Shown piece after piece: positions 26,574 to 41,774 of a stretch of DNA of 64,000 nucleotides. Position 1 is the stretch's first letter; each line of letters begins with the position of its first letter. The DNA is taken from assembly GCA_013239625.1 (NCBI GenBank), contig MU056000.1:13715175-13779174 (forward strand), in the 5' to 3' direction. The DNA is from Lama guanicoe. Lineage: Eukaryota. The position numbers and the translations under genes were made by a program. Under the pieces are notes generated by a model, which was not told the origin of the DNA, did not search any database, and was given only the letters and a program-made list of their open reading frames with translations.

Positions 26574-28429
26574 CTAGAAAAGTCGTATTTTTGGAGACGA
26601 GTTGCTGCAAATACTTTCTATATTCTTTCTACCTTCATTTTATTAAATATTTCATTTCTTAACTATGAATTAAGATCAATAACCAAGATAAAAATGTTAT
26701 GAATTCTAACCTTCAATGTAGGAAATTTAGGAAAGACTTATTAAAACGGATGAAATGTATCTAAAAATTAAAGGTAACTCAAAAATAACCATTAGAAATA
26801 CACTTCTCCAATTTTTCTTTTCATTTTTCAATTTGTAGCCTTATCATGCAGTTAAGAAACTAAGATGTTTTCTGAAGTAACTTTCAAATGGTGACAAGTT
26901 TGCTTTTTAATCAAGTACAGTGGTTTAATTCAATTTATAGTTTACTGAGTTGATTTTTAACTCAATATAAAATTCTTAAATGTCAACAAATGATTAAATA
27001 ATAATGTAAATGATAAATGATTGGAAAATAACTTTTAGTTCTAGGAAGAGATTTCTTTTTTCAAGTTAGTGTCTTGAAAATGAGGCTTAGAAAGCAGAAG
27101 TGTGGGCTGAATGTCTTCAGGTATCTTGTATTTTATGTTCTCTTAATCTGTTTTTGATTAAGTAAAAAACAAAATATAGTTTATAAATAAGCCTGTGACC
27201 AGTAGATTGTGGGAGATTTAAGCATGAAATGAACTCATCTACAGATTACTGAAAAGGAATATATTAGAATGAATTAATAATAAACAGAAATCAGAAAAGC
27301 TTTACCTCGTAGTTTTCCACATCATTAAGACTATCTCAAATAGAACAGTTGTGCCCTATCTTCCCAGGCATACGATTGACTGATTTGTTTTTTTTCATCT
27401 CTGTGTAGATGTGGTTTTTGATTATAAATAACCCAGAGCTTTGGAAGAAGTAATAACCTGACTCCATCAGAGTCTCACATCATTGCTCTCATTTCTTTTT
27501 GCTTGGCCTTAAGATGGGGAGCTTAGACTTGGGTAGAAAATATTTTCATTTTCTTATATTACAGTTTCTCTTATCTTTAATTTCAGGAACTGATACAATG
27601 GTTTTTTTTAAGGTGTTTTATATTTGTCTGCTGGAGATGTTAGGTAGCATAAGTAAGTGCTCCATTCACAAGTGAGAACCTAGTTTCTCTGCCTTGCCGG
27701 CTTCAGACATTGTAAATCCACCTATTCCTTTACCATTGTAACAGGCAGAATTCTCTCCAAGCCTATATCTGGCTTTCCTTACAGATTTTTCATTCATTCT
27801 TGAGTATCTCCTGGAAAGATCTCTGCTAGTCTCTGTTATTTATACTTTCTTGCATATTAAAAAGTGTTCTCTTTATTATTATGGGAAGAAGGGAATTGCA
27901 TCTTTGAACAAATCAAAACGGTGCTCCCTCTGGCATGACCCACACCAGGGCATAGTAAGCCATACTTGAGTTAGAATGTAGCCCTAATTAATTCACCACC
28001 ATGCCCAGACACTAAGGTGCACTGAACCCCATGGACAAGTGGCCCAGTCTTCTAAGTATTATTTACATTATACTGTAACTTTGAGAAAAATTCTTTCTTT
28101 AGGTAGATTTTGAACTGGTTATTATATGGCTGGGCAGTGGTGGAGTAACGTCCATAAGTGACAAGAACCTTGATGGCTTTAGGAACATGCGTGAGTGGTC
28201 CCCTTCCCAATGACATGCTTGCTTAAAAAAACAAAAGCAAAAACAAAAACACAGAAAGAAAAAAAGAGAAAAGGAAAAAGACATTTGATACTTTGATATA
28301 TTGATTTTAAGATAACTATGCCTTTTGATTTAACCCAGATATTTTATGACTTCTAACTGCTTAGCCAACAGCCGAATAGCTGCGAATCTCTTCCTTCTTC
28401 CATCTTTAATTCGCTAGACACTCAGTGAC

Positions 28430-28720
28430 CGTAGTGCAGGAGATCTTACATATTCTTTTCTAGAGCTACCTTCCCTCACCCTCTCCCCCTTCTCCATCCT
28501 GCTCTCTGCTCTGAGATTCTGACCTGTGAGCACTGCGCCTTTGAACTTTGTTAGCCTCTGGTTTCTGACTGTGTTTGGCCAAAGGGTATCCAAGCAGGAG
28601 ATGAGGCCAGTTTACTCCCAGCCTGTGCTGCTAGTTGCCTCCAACAGGCTGAGGCTCAGCCTAGGGTCAGATTGACTCTTATACCACATCTCCCCCATTT
28701 AACAATTCTTTCCCTCCAGG
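28430..28720 (+). mobile_element. ERVL LTR fragment (LTR33-like)
   Basis: ctccatcctgctctctg...gcctctggtttctgactgtgtttggccaa...agcaggagat resembles the recalled LTR33 consensus. Confidence 0.45.
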
Positions 28721-31134
28721 ACCAGGGAATCTTATGCCTACAATCCTATAAATAGTGTTTCATTTGTAATATGATTCAATAATTATTTGTGGTTATCATT
28801 TATACATACATGACTAAATCTCTGGCACATATTCTTGAAAATCTCACAACACAATCTCATAATATTATAATCAAAATATTAAAATATCAGTTTAGATATT
28901 GAAATATACAATATAAAAATAGGGTTTTTTTATTACTAAACAGAGGAGATGAGACGCAAACATTGAAGCAGAGGGAAATATTTTTTAAAGCAATAAGAAA
29001 TTCGCTTTTGATTTTCTACTTTGTATAATTTCTTCCTCTTCAGTAGTGTTGACAGACAGGTGATATTTTAGGTTCAAAAGACATAAAAATCGTTTCATAC
29101 TTGAATGATATATAAACCCTTCTCTACCTTACAAAAAAATTAGTGCTTCTTTTTGCAATGTATAAAATACTGGCTGAGATTTCTGTATTTGACAATTGGT
29201 CATCTGTTTTGGATCCAGGACTGTTGAAGAACTTTGAACCATTGGTTCTCTTCAATATACAATACCCTTAAAATATATTTTTCTATTTAATGTACTGCAA
29301 ATTACTTTCGTCATTTAGAGCTGCCTGAATTGTGCATTAACAGCAGGCTCTTATGGTCTGCAAAGAAAAAAATAATTTAAAGACTACATTTTTGTTGAAA
29401 ACTGAATCAGAGAGAATATAGCAGTTATAGTACAGTATCTGATTAACACCACCAAGAAGACATGGATTACCGGAGTCACCTTGGAGAGAGTGCTTTACAG
29501 TGACCTAGACACCTTGGCCATGGCCATCTCTGCCATAGCATTCAGCAGATTTCCTCTGGACCATGAGCTCTTTGAAGGTTGGGACCATAATTTGTTCAAC
29601 CTGCATTCCCTGAAACTGTCACAGTCCCTGACATATGGTTGAAACTTGAATGCTCACCAAATGGATTTTATCTCATTTACTTTTACAAAAATTTAAGTGA
29701 ACAGAACTTTTCAAATACGTGTGTGCCTGAGACTATCTCACTGGGGGAAGAATAGTTCCCTTAATAGATGCTAAAATTTATCACGTAATGACTTCTGTTT
29801 ACATTCTACTGGCCAAGACTTAGGTCAGCTAGTCATACCTAGTTGCAAGGAAGACTAGGAAATGTGGTCATTATTCTGGGTAGTCAAGTAAATTGTTGAT
29901 TTTTACAAGAAGATATAAGATCTGGATAGATGATTATAAAGATCAGTCATTTCCAAGATTGATTCCAATGATGTTTTAGGTACATATCTATGGGAACAGT
30001 TGCTGTTTCTTATTTTTGCAAGATGCACTGGTACCTTTGACTCATCCTAGAATTATTTGTTCTTTTACGATATCATGCAAAAAGATATAAGAAATGATTA
30101 TTAAAAATTACAAAGAGAAAAATGTGCTAACCTCCCTTTCTCCATGTATGGCTAGAGCGTTATGAATAAAAGGTGATACAATATGGAAAAAAATCGGGTT
30201 CTTATGTATTATAAATGATTTCAACTTAGAGATGAACTAGCATGTGGTCCAGAGGTCAACTAAAAAATCTATATTCACTAAGTCTACATTTTATATGCTT
30301 TATATCCATGAATTTTATATTTTATAAAATCTAAAATTCTAGTTTATACATTTTATAGCATGGATATCTGGAAGATACTCCTTTCGAGTTATGTGAAAAT
30401 GACAGTCAACATTCTGAATTTTGCTCCAAGTTCCCAAGCTACACTTTTCAAATATATTTCGTGACATCTCTCACTTCTTTATAAATACATAATGTACATA
30501 ATTTATAGAGTTAAGCAGGCAAGCAGCAAGATTTGTACTTTTTACTTTTTACATTTTGAGATCTTTCTTCTTTAGAACACTTAGTCTGCTGGCTATGAGA
30601 TGTATATAAATAAATATTTACAATAATATCTGTTCTGTGCTAAAATAGAGGTGAAAATCCTATGGGAACATATAATAAGAAGCAATAAATTAACAGTATT
30701 AAAAATAAAGTTTACAGAACAAAACTCCAGAAGTGAACTCAGGAACTGAAGCTTGGCTTACTTGAAATTATTGCCTAATGACCTAGAATCTAACAGATGC
30801 AATACAAAATAAAATTTATACCTTGTCTTTAACCTGATTAACTCAACAAAGAAGTATTTCACTAGGTTTGCATACCCAACAAGTATTGGAAAAATAGGAG
30901 GGTAATCCACTTCTGCCTGAACAAAGCCTTAAAGGATGAACTACATTTTGGGGCTGGAATAGAACAGTGATGAATAGTCATGTTACAGTGAACCACATGA
31001 GCAAAAGTATAGGAGGATGGGTCAACATACTGTTTTTGGAAAATTTCAAGTAAAATAAATTTCACCAGTGTGTGCATTGCAAAGAGAGGAGCAAGGAAGA
31101 AGTTGGTAGCAAATGCCACAATAAATTTAAAAAA

Positions 31135-31457
31135 AGAAAAAAGAAGACACTAATGAACTCATGTACAAAACAGAAACAGACTCACAGACATAGTAAACAG
31201 TCATGGTTACTGGTGGCAAAGTGGTGGGAAAAGATAAATTTGGGAATTTGAGATTTGAAAATATTAACTATTATATATAAAAACAGATTTAAAAAACATT
31301 TCTTCTGTATAACACAGGGAACCATATTCAATATCTTGTAATAATCTTAATGAAAAAGAACACAAAAACAAATAAATGTTTATATGTATGACTGGGACAT
31401 TATGCTGTACACCAGAGTTGATCCATTGTAACTGACTATATTTCAATTGAAAAAAAT
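31135..31457 (+). mobile_element. LINE-1 3'UTR fragment, older lineage subfamily
   Basis: aatgaactcatgtacaaaacagaaacagactcacagacatag...ctgtataacacagggaacc...gctgtacaccaga...A tail. Confidence 0.85.
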
Positions 31458-31546
31458 TGCTGCAGTACAAGAAATGTTCTATGTAAATTGTAGTATGCTA
31501 AGTATAGGTTACATATGTATTTTGATTGTTTATGTCAAAGGATTAC

Positions 31547-32063
31547 TGTAAAGATTAAATCATATAGTACAAAATATTTTCCTATGAAATAAAATTCATA
31601 TTTTCTGGCAAGATAAGAAAAATTTTAAACATGAAAAATTTTTCTCTGCCCTTGGGCTTCCTGTCACCCTGCTACTGTGCATGGTATGTCTGTGGTATGC
31701 ATCAACCAGACCTCCCCAACGGCAGAAATTCCTGTACTCCGCAAAGAGCACCATTTCTCCTGGCATCAAGCAGACAACTCCTTAAGAGAAGACATCCCTT
31801 CTTGATCTTGCAAGAGGTCATAATGATCTGCCACTTTGTACTCTCAGATCTGGATTATGTAAACTGCCAATAATATGTCATTGAATGTACAGTCCCCTGT
31901 CTCAAAAAATTTATATAACTGTGCTTTCACTTTTAACGGGCAGAACAGTTCTCAGAGCTTTCTGAGATGCTGTTCCCAGGTCATAATCCCAAACTTGGCT
32001 CAAAAAATATTTCCCACTTCTTTCTTAGATGGACTGATCTATTTGAAGATTGATTTGAAGACA
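31547..32063 (+). mobile_element. ERV1-type solo LTR
   Basis: Starts tgtaaagatt. TATA-like tttatataact is followed by cagttctcagagctttctgagatgctgttcccagg...aacttggctcaaaaaa. The right end is approximate. Confidence 0.65.
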
Positions 32064-33756
32064 TTTTGGAGGACTTTTTTATCTATTAACATATGTACTT
32101 CATTTCCTTGTCATTGTTAGAGGACAAAAAATTGATTTGAAATCTTCAAAACGTCTTTAAGACATTTTTATGATATATGATAAAGTCTAGTCAATTTTTT
32201 AATTTTTAATCAAGACTATACAGCTGCTATAGCTTTTTATAATAAAAACTAGTCCACCTATTTCCTAACTTAGTCATTTTTCACATCTAATATATTGTAA
32301 CTTTTTATTTGTATCTGCTCCCTCTGCTTCTACTATACCTATTCTCAAATCACTCACGTTAGTTGCTCAAACATTCACCACAATTACATTATTCAATATA
32401 TAGATTATACAATATAGACAATGTACCCACCCAGGAAGCAGGAATAATAAATTGTAAATTATGTTTTTACATCCTTATGGAAATTTCTAATCATGATAAT
32501 TAAAATGTTAAGATAATTCAGTATGTTTTTATCTGACTGGAAGTAGAAACGAGGCCAGATGATGTTTACATTTTATATAATGCACATGTTTTCACTCAAA
32601 ATAATCATCATTTAAATGTAATTTTATATTTTTCAACATGACACAAGAATTTGAATTTTCATATGTATCAAGTGTTTTAAATTAATAAACACTAATCATT
32701 TAGTTTGTAATAGCATATGAGTTAAAGTTTTTAGTTGCAAGCAATGGAAACGTGCTCAGACTAACTTGTACAGAAAAACGATTGGATAGAAGAATGTCAA
32801 GTATTTCAAAGAGAGAACAGTGAGCCAGGATTAGCGGAGAGCAACATCAGAACTTTCTTAGGATGATTCATAAAAATTACTGAGAAATCCCACGAAGGAA
32901 TCTCAACTACAAACAATGAACTTCTGTTCTCTTTGCTTCATCATTGAATCATGTATCTCAAGTTGGAAAATTCCAGGAGAATGGGTCAAATTGATCAAAC
33001 ATAATGGTCTGTCACCACTTGTCTAAGTAAATGCAATAATACGCTTCTCAAAGAGAAAGATATGATTCCTTAGAAAGAAACCAGGCTACTCTTTTTAAAA
33101 TATGAGAGCACAAATACGAGTCACCAGTAAACAGAAAACTTCCACTATGTGGAAAAAGAACTTGAATCTCCTTCTTCAATGTACGAACTAGCCAGTTAAA
33201 TATGAAATAGAAGAACTAAGAATCGTTCTTAGTTTAGTAGAAAAACTAAGCCAATTAAATCTGTAAACCTCAGCTCTTAATATATTAATAACCTTGGAGA
33301 TAAAGGACACATTTAGAAGCAGGTTCTTTTGTGGTATTTAATTGATGTTAGAGGAGGATCATAATAAATATCCCAAACCTATTCAGGACGTGAGACAGTA
33401 GGACCAAAAGCCACTGTATTGATTGCATCTGTAATTCTTTCATGGTTCTGAGAGATATAATCCTAAACCTTTGGCTCTTCCTTGGCCTGGAAAAATGGTT
33501 GATACCACATATATTGTAAATCATGTGGACTGCATGGAGAAAAATGTCTAGATTATGAAAGCCATCTACCAAGGGAATAGGGAGAAGGGGTTATGGGAGC
33601 AAAGATGGGAGAATTAATTCTAGGCTATTGTTACCATTTCCATCTTTCCTTTTATTCATGTACACAATAAAAATATTGAACTTCTTTTATAATTACCCTG
33701 TTAAATGATTTAATTAAAACATGTGTATATTCATACAAATTTCATATCTGGCCCTT

Positions 33757-33956
33757 ATGATAAATTATAAGAGGGATCGCAAATTTGCTGCATCCTTGCA
33801 TTCAGGCCTTTGTGATACGTTGTTGCAGAGCCTCTCCTCCTGAGCTGGAATCTACCTCTGTACCCACTGAACCTGGGTATGACTTGCCTTAGCCAGTGAG
33901 ATCGTAGCAGACATGAAGCAAGCAGAGGTTTGAGAAGCTCTTTCATACTGGCTAGG

Positions 33957-34008
<52 letters not shown>

Positions 34009-34306
34009 TATTTTGCTCTTAGAACCTGTTGCCAGCATGTGAACAACTCAGAGCTACCCTGGTGGATGATGGAAGATACATAGCCTAATTGCGTCCGCTG
34101 CCTCAACCAACAGTCTGCCAGCCTCTGGAAACACAGCTCGCTCATTAACCACCCGCTGAACACAAATACATGATTGAACGTAGCTAAGGCACCGACTGAT
34201 TCTGGTCCTAAATGCCTACACCGAAAATCATTGTGAAATAAATATTTGTTGTTTAAAGCCACTAGGCGTTGGGATAGTTTGCTTTACAGCAAAAGCTGAC
34301 TTCGCA
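33757..34306 (+). mobile_element. MaLR LTR (MLT1F-like) containing an (ATT)n array
   Basis: gacttgccttagccagtgag...gccagcatgtgaacaa...aaataaatatttgttgtttaaagccacta...acagcaaaagctgac. Confidence 0.75.
33957..34005. repeat. (ATT)n microsatellite, about 16 perfect units
   Basis: Seen directly. Confidence 0.95.
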
Positions 34307-34310
34307 AATC

Positions 34311-34755
34311 TGTTATGGGTTGAATTCTGTCCCCGCGAAATTCATACGTATCGTCTCAACACCCAGAACCTCAGAATATGAGCTTAGTTGGAAGTAGGAT
34401 TGCTGCAGATACAATTACTTAAGGTGAGGTCGTAGTGAAATAAGGTGGGTTCCCAATCCAATGTAACTGGTGTCCTTATAAAAAAGGGGAAATTTGGGCA
34501 TAGACATACACAAACCAAAGGTGCCATGGGAAGATGAAGGCAGAAATCAGAGGGATGCTTCTCCAAGGAACACAGAAGATTGTGAGGCTAACATGGAGTG
34601 ACGGAATTGATTCTTCCTCACAACTGCAAGAAGTAACCCTACTAACACTCGGTCCTCAGACTTCTAGCCCCCAGGGCTGTCAAACAATAAATTACTAATA
34701 TTTAAGCCACCTAGTTAGTGGTACTTTATTATGGCAGCTCTAGCAAACTAATACA
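34311..34755 (+). mobile_element. MaLR LTR (MLT1B/C-like)
   Basis: tgttatgggttgaattctgtcccc...tccaatgtaactggtgtccttataaaa...ggcagctctagcaaactaataca. Confidence 0.85.
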
Positions 34756-34789
34756 CAAGGTAAACTCATTTTTACTATGAAGCCTTTAG

Positions 34790-35095
34790 TTACTATGTCC
34801 TCTGCCTGAAGAATTTTGTCACTTTCTCTTACATTCAAGTTGTAGCTCTAGTGTTGCCTTAGCAGAGATTCCTTGACCACATAATACAAATTATCCTTCC
34901 TCCAGTCACCCTCTGTTGCCTGTTTTCATTTTCTTAATATACGTATCTCTGTCTGAAGTTACTTATAATCTTTGTTAATCTATGTTTAAATCTCCTCTAC
35001 AGAAAGCAAGCTTCATGGGAACAAACTGTTTGTCTTTTTTATTACTGTATTCATAAAACTTAGCATATAAAAGTTATTTAATAATTATTAATTAC
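34790..35095 (+). mobile_element. LINE-2 3' end
   Basis: ctctgcctgaa...ttccttgaccac...ctacagaaagcaagcttcatggga...ttactgtattc. Confidence 0.6.
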
Positions 35096-38000
35096 ATAAA
35101 ATAATACATAGGTAAGCCAGAAAGCACTTAAATAGGTTATCTCATAATTAATAATTTAACCTATGTAAGATATTTTCCTTCAGACATACTCTGGAATAGC
35201 CGTATCAAATGCATGCAGTGTGATGGTTGGGTTAGAAATCTATGTAGAGTTTACATATACTTTATTAGCCAATGTAGTTAGAAATATTAATCTTTGGAGT
35301 TTTCCTTTTCTTGCTCCTTAGAGATAATTTTCTCCTAACCATTGGGGTGCACAAATGTAGTCTCTAGACTAATTGAAATAGTAGTTATTGGGATATAAAG
35401 CGTCAATGGTTGACAGGACTGAATCTATTGAAAGTTAAAGAACAGCCAGAGGGATGCGGGGAAAAGAGATTCGACTTTAACAATAGAACTAGAAAGAGAA
35501 AAATGAAAGAAAAGTATCCTCCCACCTTCACAAAGGCTAAGTAAGAGACACCCTTTGAAGAAAAGTGAAGGGGAAGAAAGAGGTTGGGTGACATTAGAGA
35601 AGAATGTGATGGAAGTAAGACACTAGGAAATAGAGGATCATGTTGAAAAGAAACAGAATTTGTGGACTATTAGACACCATCTGGGGCATATCCAGTAGTG
35701 GGAAACAGAAGCAATACTATAAATTCATATACTGTCACTTCTGTGGTCAGCCCATACAGATGAGTAGTTCTTCTTAACACGAACATTTGATTGTCACCAT
35801 CTTGATTCCCATGAGCCTTTCAAGAAAAAATCACCTTCCCTGTGTATGTCTAAATGGCCTTGTGTCAAAATCTCCCCAACAAAATGGCTCAAGGTGCTTC
35901 AAGCATCTCCCCCCAAACAAATTGACTTTCTAGACATTCAGAGAGTAGTCCTAGAGCCAAAACTAAAGCCTCAGAATCTCTTCTCTGATACCATGGATTA
36001 GTAAGAGTGGATTAAGATGAACAGATAAAAAATAAACACACACACATCACTAGGCTTCTAGTATATGAGCACTAACTACTTAGATAAAACTGTGAAGATG
36101 CCTTTGTAAAAATATACTGAGTCTCTTGGCACAAAAGAAAACCAATTACTTGTGTAGATACAGTTATGAGTTCACTCTTTCAAACTACATAGGTCTTCCA
36201 GTGAAGCAGCTGTGTTCAGAGACCTTAACAAAAATAACTCATTCTAATTGAGGACTGTGGGCCCATTCAGAGATACGAGATATGACACAAAATCATAGCT
36301 ATTACCTTTGTATGTCTTATCCAGTTAGCTAGAAATAAAAGGCATTTTCACCAAAATCATTCAGTCTGAAAAGTTGTAACTATATTTTCCTTAGACCATA
36401 TTTTAAGATAATTACAAAATTACCACCCAAAATGAATGCATATCTGAATATCTCTTATATTTATACCTACTCAAATTTATAATAGACATCATACCTGAGT
36501 ATCTCCATTGTTAAAGAAGGTCTTTATATTGACATTGCATGTCATGATGACTATGTTTATTGGTTTCCCAGAACAAAGATTCCATCAAGCTAACAGGATA
36601 TTAAAACCTCTTCCTCTTGAATTCATATACACCAAGATCTACTAAGAGATTATGTGTGCACATGAAAAAGGATGTGTACATTAAAAATATAAAATTCAGT
36701 ATATGTGTGTATTGCATCTATGTATATCTATGTAGGTAACATATATAGATACTATACATATATATACAACTCAATATATCACACCTACATGTGAACACAT
36801 GGACACACACATACACAATTCCATCTTGTAGGCTTCATCACAGATTTAATAATTTTATGATCCATTTTGGAGATAGACCTTATAGTCTCAATTGGATTGG
36901 CCCAATTTTATAGTAGTATGGTATAAACCAACTCAAGAATACAACGCAAAGCATTTTATATAATACATGATACATAACTTAGGAAGACCTATGGACTTTG
37001 TCTTCTTGGATACTACAGCCTTAACAGTAGAAATATTGATAATAATGACCAGCATTTGATTATTACTTAATAAATTTTATTTGTGTTCTACTATATACTC
37101 CAAGTAGAAAATTTAAAAAATAGCAGTTGATGTCCCAGTATTTACTTCTCTCAACACAGGTTTATTGCATAAACCCCAAGGGATCCTACAGAATTGGGGA
37201 AATTTTTGAGAGGACAATTTTTAATTTTAGAGAATTGTTTAAGCCACCATGAAAATTTTAAGGCATATAATTAAGGCATTTATATAACAAGAGATATGTA
37301 ATAAATCACTGCGATTCATATTTCCTGAAGGTCAGTTTCTTAATCCATTAAAAATGTAGACCTAGTTTACTTCACATCAAATCCGATTAACAGTCATGTG
37401 TGTGTGGTGTGCGCCTGCACAAGCACTCACGTATATTTTGTTAGTCAAAATTTAAAACCTGTTGCAGCTGTGGGAAACAGCAGTACATTTTCTCCTGGCT
37501 TTCTGTGGAAAGTCTCTTTTCTACTTAAGATTCTTTTTTCTTAAAAACTGCTTCATTTATTTGTTTTTATCCTTAACAAAGGTCATGAGAATGAAGGTCA
37601 CAAAGACACGCATGTATGACCTACATATGTAGATTTAGATATGTAGGTATTATATTTTAAAAACCATTGCTGTGGATTGTGGCATTTTTGAAGGACAAAC
37701 ATACCAGTATCAAATACTACAGAAACCGTACTTTAAGTCGTGTATACTGATTTATTGTGGCAAATATTGTTATGATCGCCAAATAGGCATCTCCATATCT
37801 TTAGCATAACGCTTAAAAAACTGTGACGTAGCTACTGCTTACTGGGATGAACTCAGCTCAAAACAATTTGAAAAAAATCAATCTTTTCCCACTCTTAGAG
37901 TTAATAACATTTATGAAATCCCTCCTATCTTATATCCACAAGAATAACTGTATCTGCTGTCTCTATAATGATAAATAGTAGAAAAATCGGTTATGAATTA

Positions 38001-41000
38001 ACGGCCTCTCCTTTCTGAACAGTTAGGAGGGCTGTTAGGACCTACATCTGGGTACAGGTTTATCTTCCTAATGCAGGTAAACAACACGTAGATCTATGAA
38101 AGCAGGTAGGTTTTGGAGGGAGCTATTAGAAGAGGCAAGAATAACCAGTTTTTATACTATTCGAAAACTATGAGGTTTAGCTAATATTTTCTTGCTCAGA
38201 GCAATTCCGTGTATTTCCATTGTCTACTTACTCTGAAATACTGACATGAAGTTTATAGATTGCTTTACCTTTGTAAATAACACCTTAACATGCGTTAGAC
38301 ATGACAGGAACCCAAACCAGGGAATAGCAAAGAGCATGAAGAAAGATGTTGATGTAAGACAAGTTACAGACTTACGGTCTTCTGTACTTGGTCAATGTTT
38401 TGCTACATTTCAGAAGGAAAAGGAGAAGTTCAGGGCAAGTCCATGGTTCCAGTCTCTATAACTCGGCACCTGATAATGTGAGGCACCAGTATGTGAATTG
38501 GGTTAATGCATAATTTAGAGGGAAATGAATTGCTTTTATATTTGTGCAAATTTGAGTTTGAGCTTTCTGTGTGATGCTTGGTTGAAAAATCCTAATAAAT
38601 AATATTAATTGACCTTTTGGTTCATGTCATTGTGCTATGTCCAAACATCACCACTGGCATCACTACTACCATTACAAACATAGAAGGATGGAAAAGAATA
38701 CATTTATAAATTGAACATCTTTACAGAGATTAAATAGGTTGAAATTATTGGTTGATGAGCAGTGCCCACTCAAATAACCTTTTGGCTTCTGAGTCCAGAA
38801 ACTAAGCCATGAGCATGGTGAAGAATTTAGATTCTAAGGAAGATGTGGGCTATAATGGGATAACAGGAAACTTCCACATGAAAGCACGTTCTGAGTGATA
38901 TTCCATTCACTGAGAAGAGCCTGAACAAGGATGAGAAGCCCATTGATATAGCTGTAGCTGAGATTTCCAAAGCTCCGTGCTTCCCTGGGGTGGCTGGAAG
39001 GCCACCCTTGGGCACATGATCATGCAGCCCAGTGTTATCACTGGGGAATGGTAGGCAAGAGCTCCTGATATAAAATATGGTTCAAAACGAGGTTTGTTGG
39101 AAGCAACCATACAAAGAAAAGGGAAAGAAAAAAGAACTTCTTGTCCAAAAAAGCTTGCAATGACATTTTTCAGAACAAAAGAAGAAAAGACATTCCCCCA
39201 AATCAAGAGATAATACAAATCATTTAATCATAAAAGAATCTAAGGTGTGTTGATTAAGACTTAAACGCTTTTTTGAGGGATACATAAAGAGATCATAGAA
39301 TAACAGTTTCCGTAAAAATGAAGAGTAAGTTCAGTGACACAATTAGACAGATATGAATCAAGAAGAAGTAGAAACTTTAACAAGTCAAATACTAAAAGTA
39401 GTATTCTGATTGAAATAAGAAATTCAAAATATGGGCTACATTATCTTGTGTAGTCTTCCCCAAAATGCAGTTCTCTTATTCAAAAGATGTTGATATGGAG
39501 CCACTAAAGGTTAAATGCTGTATTTAATATCATATAAATAGAGGGGGCAGAGGTCGGGTTCTAACTCAGGTGTCACAAAGCCTAAAACCTATATAATTTT
39601 CAAAGCTCTGTTACCTTCTAGTGGCATATATAGGAGCTTATATATGCTTTCTCTCTATATATATTTTTGGCAAGTACTGGTTAGTAGAGTCTAGAAAATA
39701 CACGATAACAACAAAAAGAGTCATTTATTTCTACTCTCATGATAACGATGCCAAACCTGGTTAAACATCCAAAAAGAAATAGGAATCCTCTTGCATTTTT
39801 TCCAATCTTTGAAATGCTTTGAACTTTCCTCTATTCCAGCTATGAAGCTACAAGCCAGAAGACAAGAGTGAATAAAAAAGGCAAAGTCTTTTGAAGAGCC
39901 CACGGTCTCAGGAGGAGGGAAAATACTAATAAAAATAAATTTAAAGCATAGTTACAAGTGGGATAAGTATTGTACAAAACACAAGCTGCACCACCATGAA
40001 ATAAAGCTAATAGGAATGACCTCCAGAAGGTTTTACAGCAGAAAATGTTCAATCCTGACACATTTGGGGTGAAAAGAGTAAATAGGAGTTCATAGACTGT
40101 GTATTAGGAACTTGAATCAAAATGACATGATTAATAGTTTCCCTGGGACTTTATTAATAACGTAGGGATTGGAGGCCATGCCCAGCTCCCCTCAGCATGA
40201 AGAGTAGACGTACATGTACACGAAGGGCAAGAGATGATTAAAACTGTCTTGTGAGGTTAAGTTCAGAGAAGTATTGCCATCAGTTACAGCCTAACAGAGA
40301 CTATGAATAATAGACCAACTTCCTGAAACTGGGGAAAGGAATGGGAAAGGAGTAAAAGTCAGGGCATTATGAACAATCATGTGGATGGAGTTTCTCACAA
40401 GTTAGGTCAGCATCATAATTTTTTGTAAGAGGTTGAAACCATGAGTTATCAGCAGGAAAGAATGCTACTATTAGTGCAAAGGAGTATTGTGTTTGTTGCT
40501 TTCAGTTGGGGCCCTGTAAAAAAGTGTTAGAAGTGTGGTGGCAGTGACTTATATTAAACACACACACACACATACATAGAGGTAAGCCAACTTAATGTAA
40601 AGGTAATACAGTAAACCAATTTGAATAGGGAAGTGAGAATATAAAATAGTTCCTGTTGATTTTTTTTTCAAAGAAAACTCTTTGGGAAAGGAAAATTATT
40701 GGTTTTAGCACAATGGTATGATGGTGTCACAGACAGGAGTGAGGAAATGCAACAGGAACGAAGGGAGCTGTGTAATTTCAGCATGGTCATTATCTTTAGT
40801 GAGAAATTTGCAAAGGTGGCTTTCAAGTAAGAGGAAATTGGCCATTAAAGAACAATGTAAATGATTGCATGTCTAAACAAATCTTTCCCAAAGAATTTTC
40901 AGAGCTTTCAGAGGAACAAATATTCTCTTAAATGAAAAATGATTTCATGAAAAAATGTTTCTGCCAAATAAATTCCCTTTCTCCTTTATTTTTGTTCTTA

Positions 41001-41145
41001 TTCTTTCTGTGTGCTCTCTCCCACACCACATCCCCACACACAGATACACTCACCCCCACAAACACATTCAAAATTCATTTTTTGTCTTTTTTCATAATAG
41101 TCTAATAAAGTCTGTGTACCGTTTTCTCAGTACTGTCTTTCCTTA

Positions 41146-41540
41146 AGAAGAATGTCATTCTAAGTGAAGTAAGCCAGAAAGAGAAAAAAAATACCATATG
41201 AGATTGCTCATATATGGAATTAAAAAAAAAGAACATAAATACAAAACAGAAATGGACACATAGACATAGAATACAAACTTGTGGCTGCCAAGGGGGTAGG
41301 GAGTGGGAAGGGACAGACTGGGATTTCAAAACTTGTAGATACTGACAGGCATATATAGAATAGATAAACAAGATTATACTGTATAGCACAGGGAAATATA
41401 TACAAGATCTTGTGGTAGCTCACAGTGAAAAAAAAATGTGACAATGAATATATGTATGTTCATGTATAACTGAAAAATTGTGCTCTACACTGGAATTTGA
41501 CACACCATTGTAAAATGACTATAACGCAATTAGAAAAAAA
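41146..41540 (+). mobile_element. LINE-1 3' end (ORF2 terminus and 3'UTR), camelid-type subfamily
   Basis: Reverse-complement similarity to 5434-5830, but with an extra segment (tactgacaggcatatat) and more substitutions. Confidence 0.9.
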
Positions 41541-41774
41541 GAACTCTTTTCAAATAGTATAAATACAATTGTTGATAAATGCATATTTTTATTAAATTAC
41601 ATGACTACTGTTTCCTAACTTAAAGTTATCCTAGAACAATTACGGTAGGCAGAAGAATGCCCCCACCCCCTTCCAACATGACCAGGTGCTAATCCCATGA
41701 TGCTGTGAATGTGTTAGGTTGAACGGCAACGTGGAAGTACGCTTGCCAATCAGTTGCCTTCAAAACAGGGAGAT

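Noticed and set aside
36700..36820. TA/CA-rich stretch (similar ones at 3090-3165 and 57150-57240)
   Set aside because: Ordinary low-complexity sequence or decayed microsatellite.
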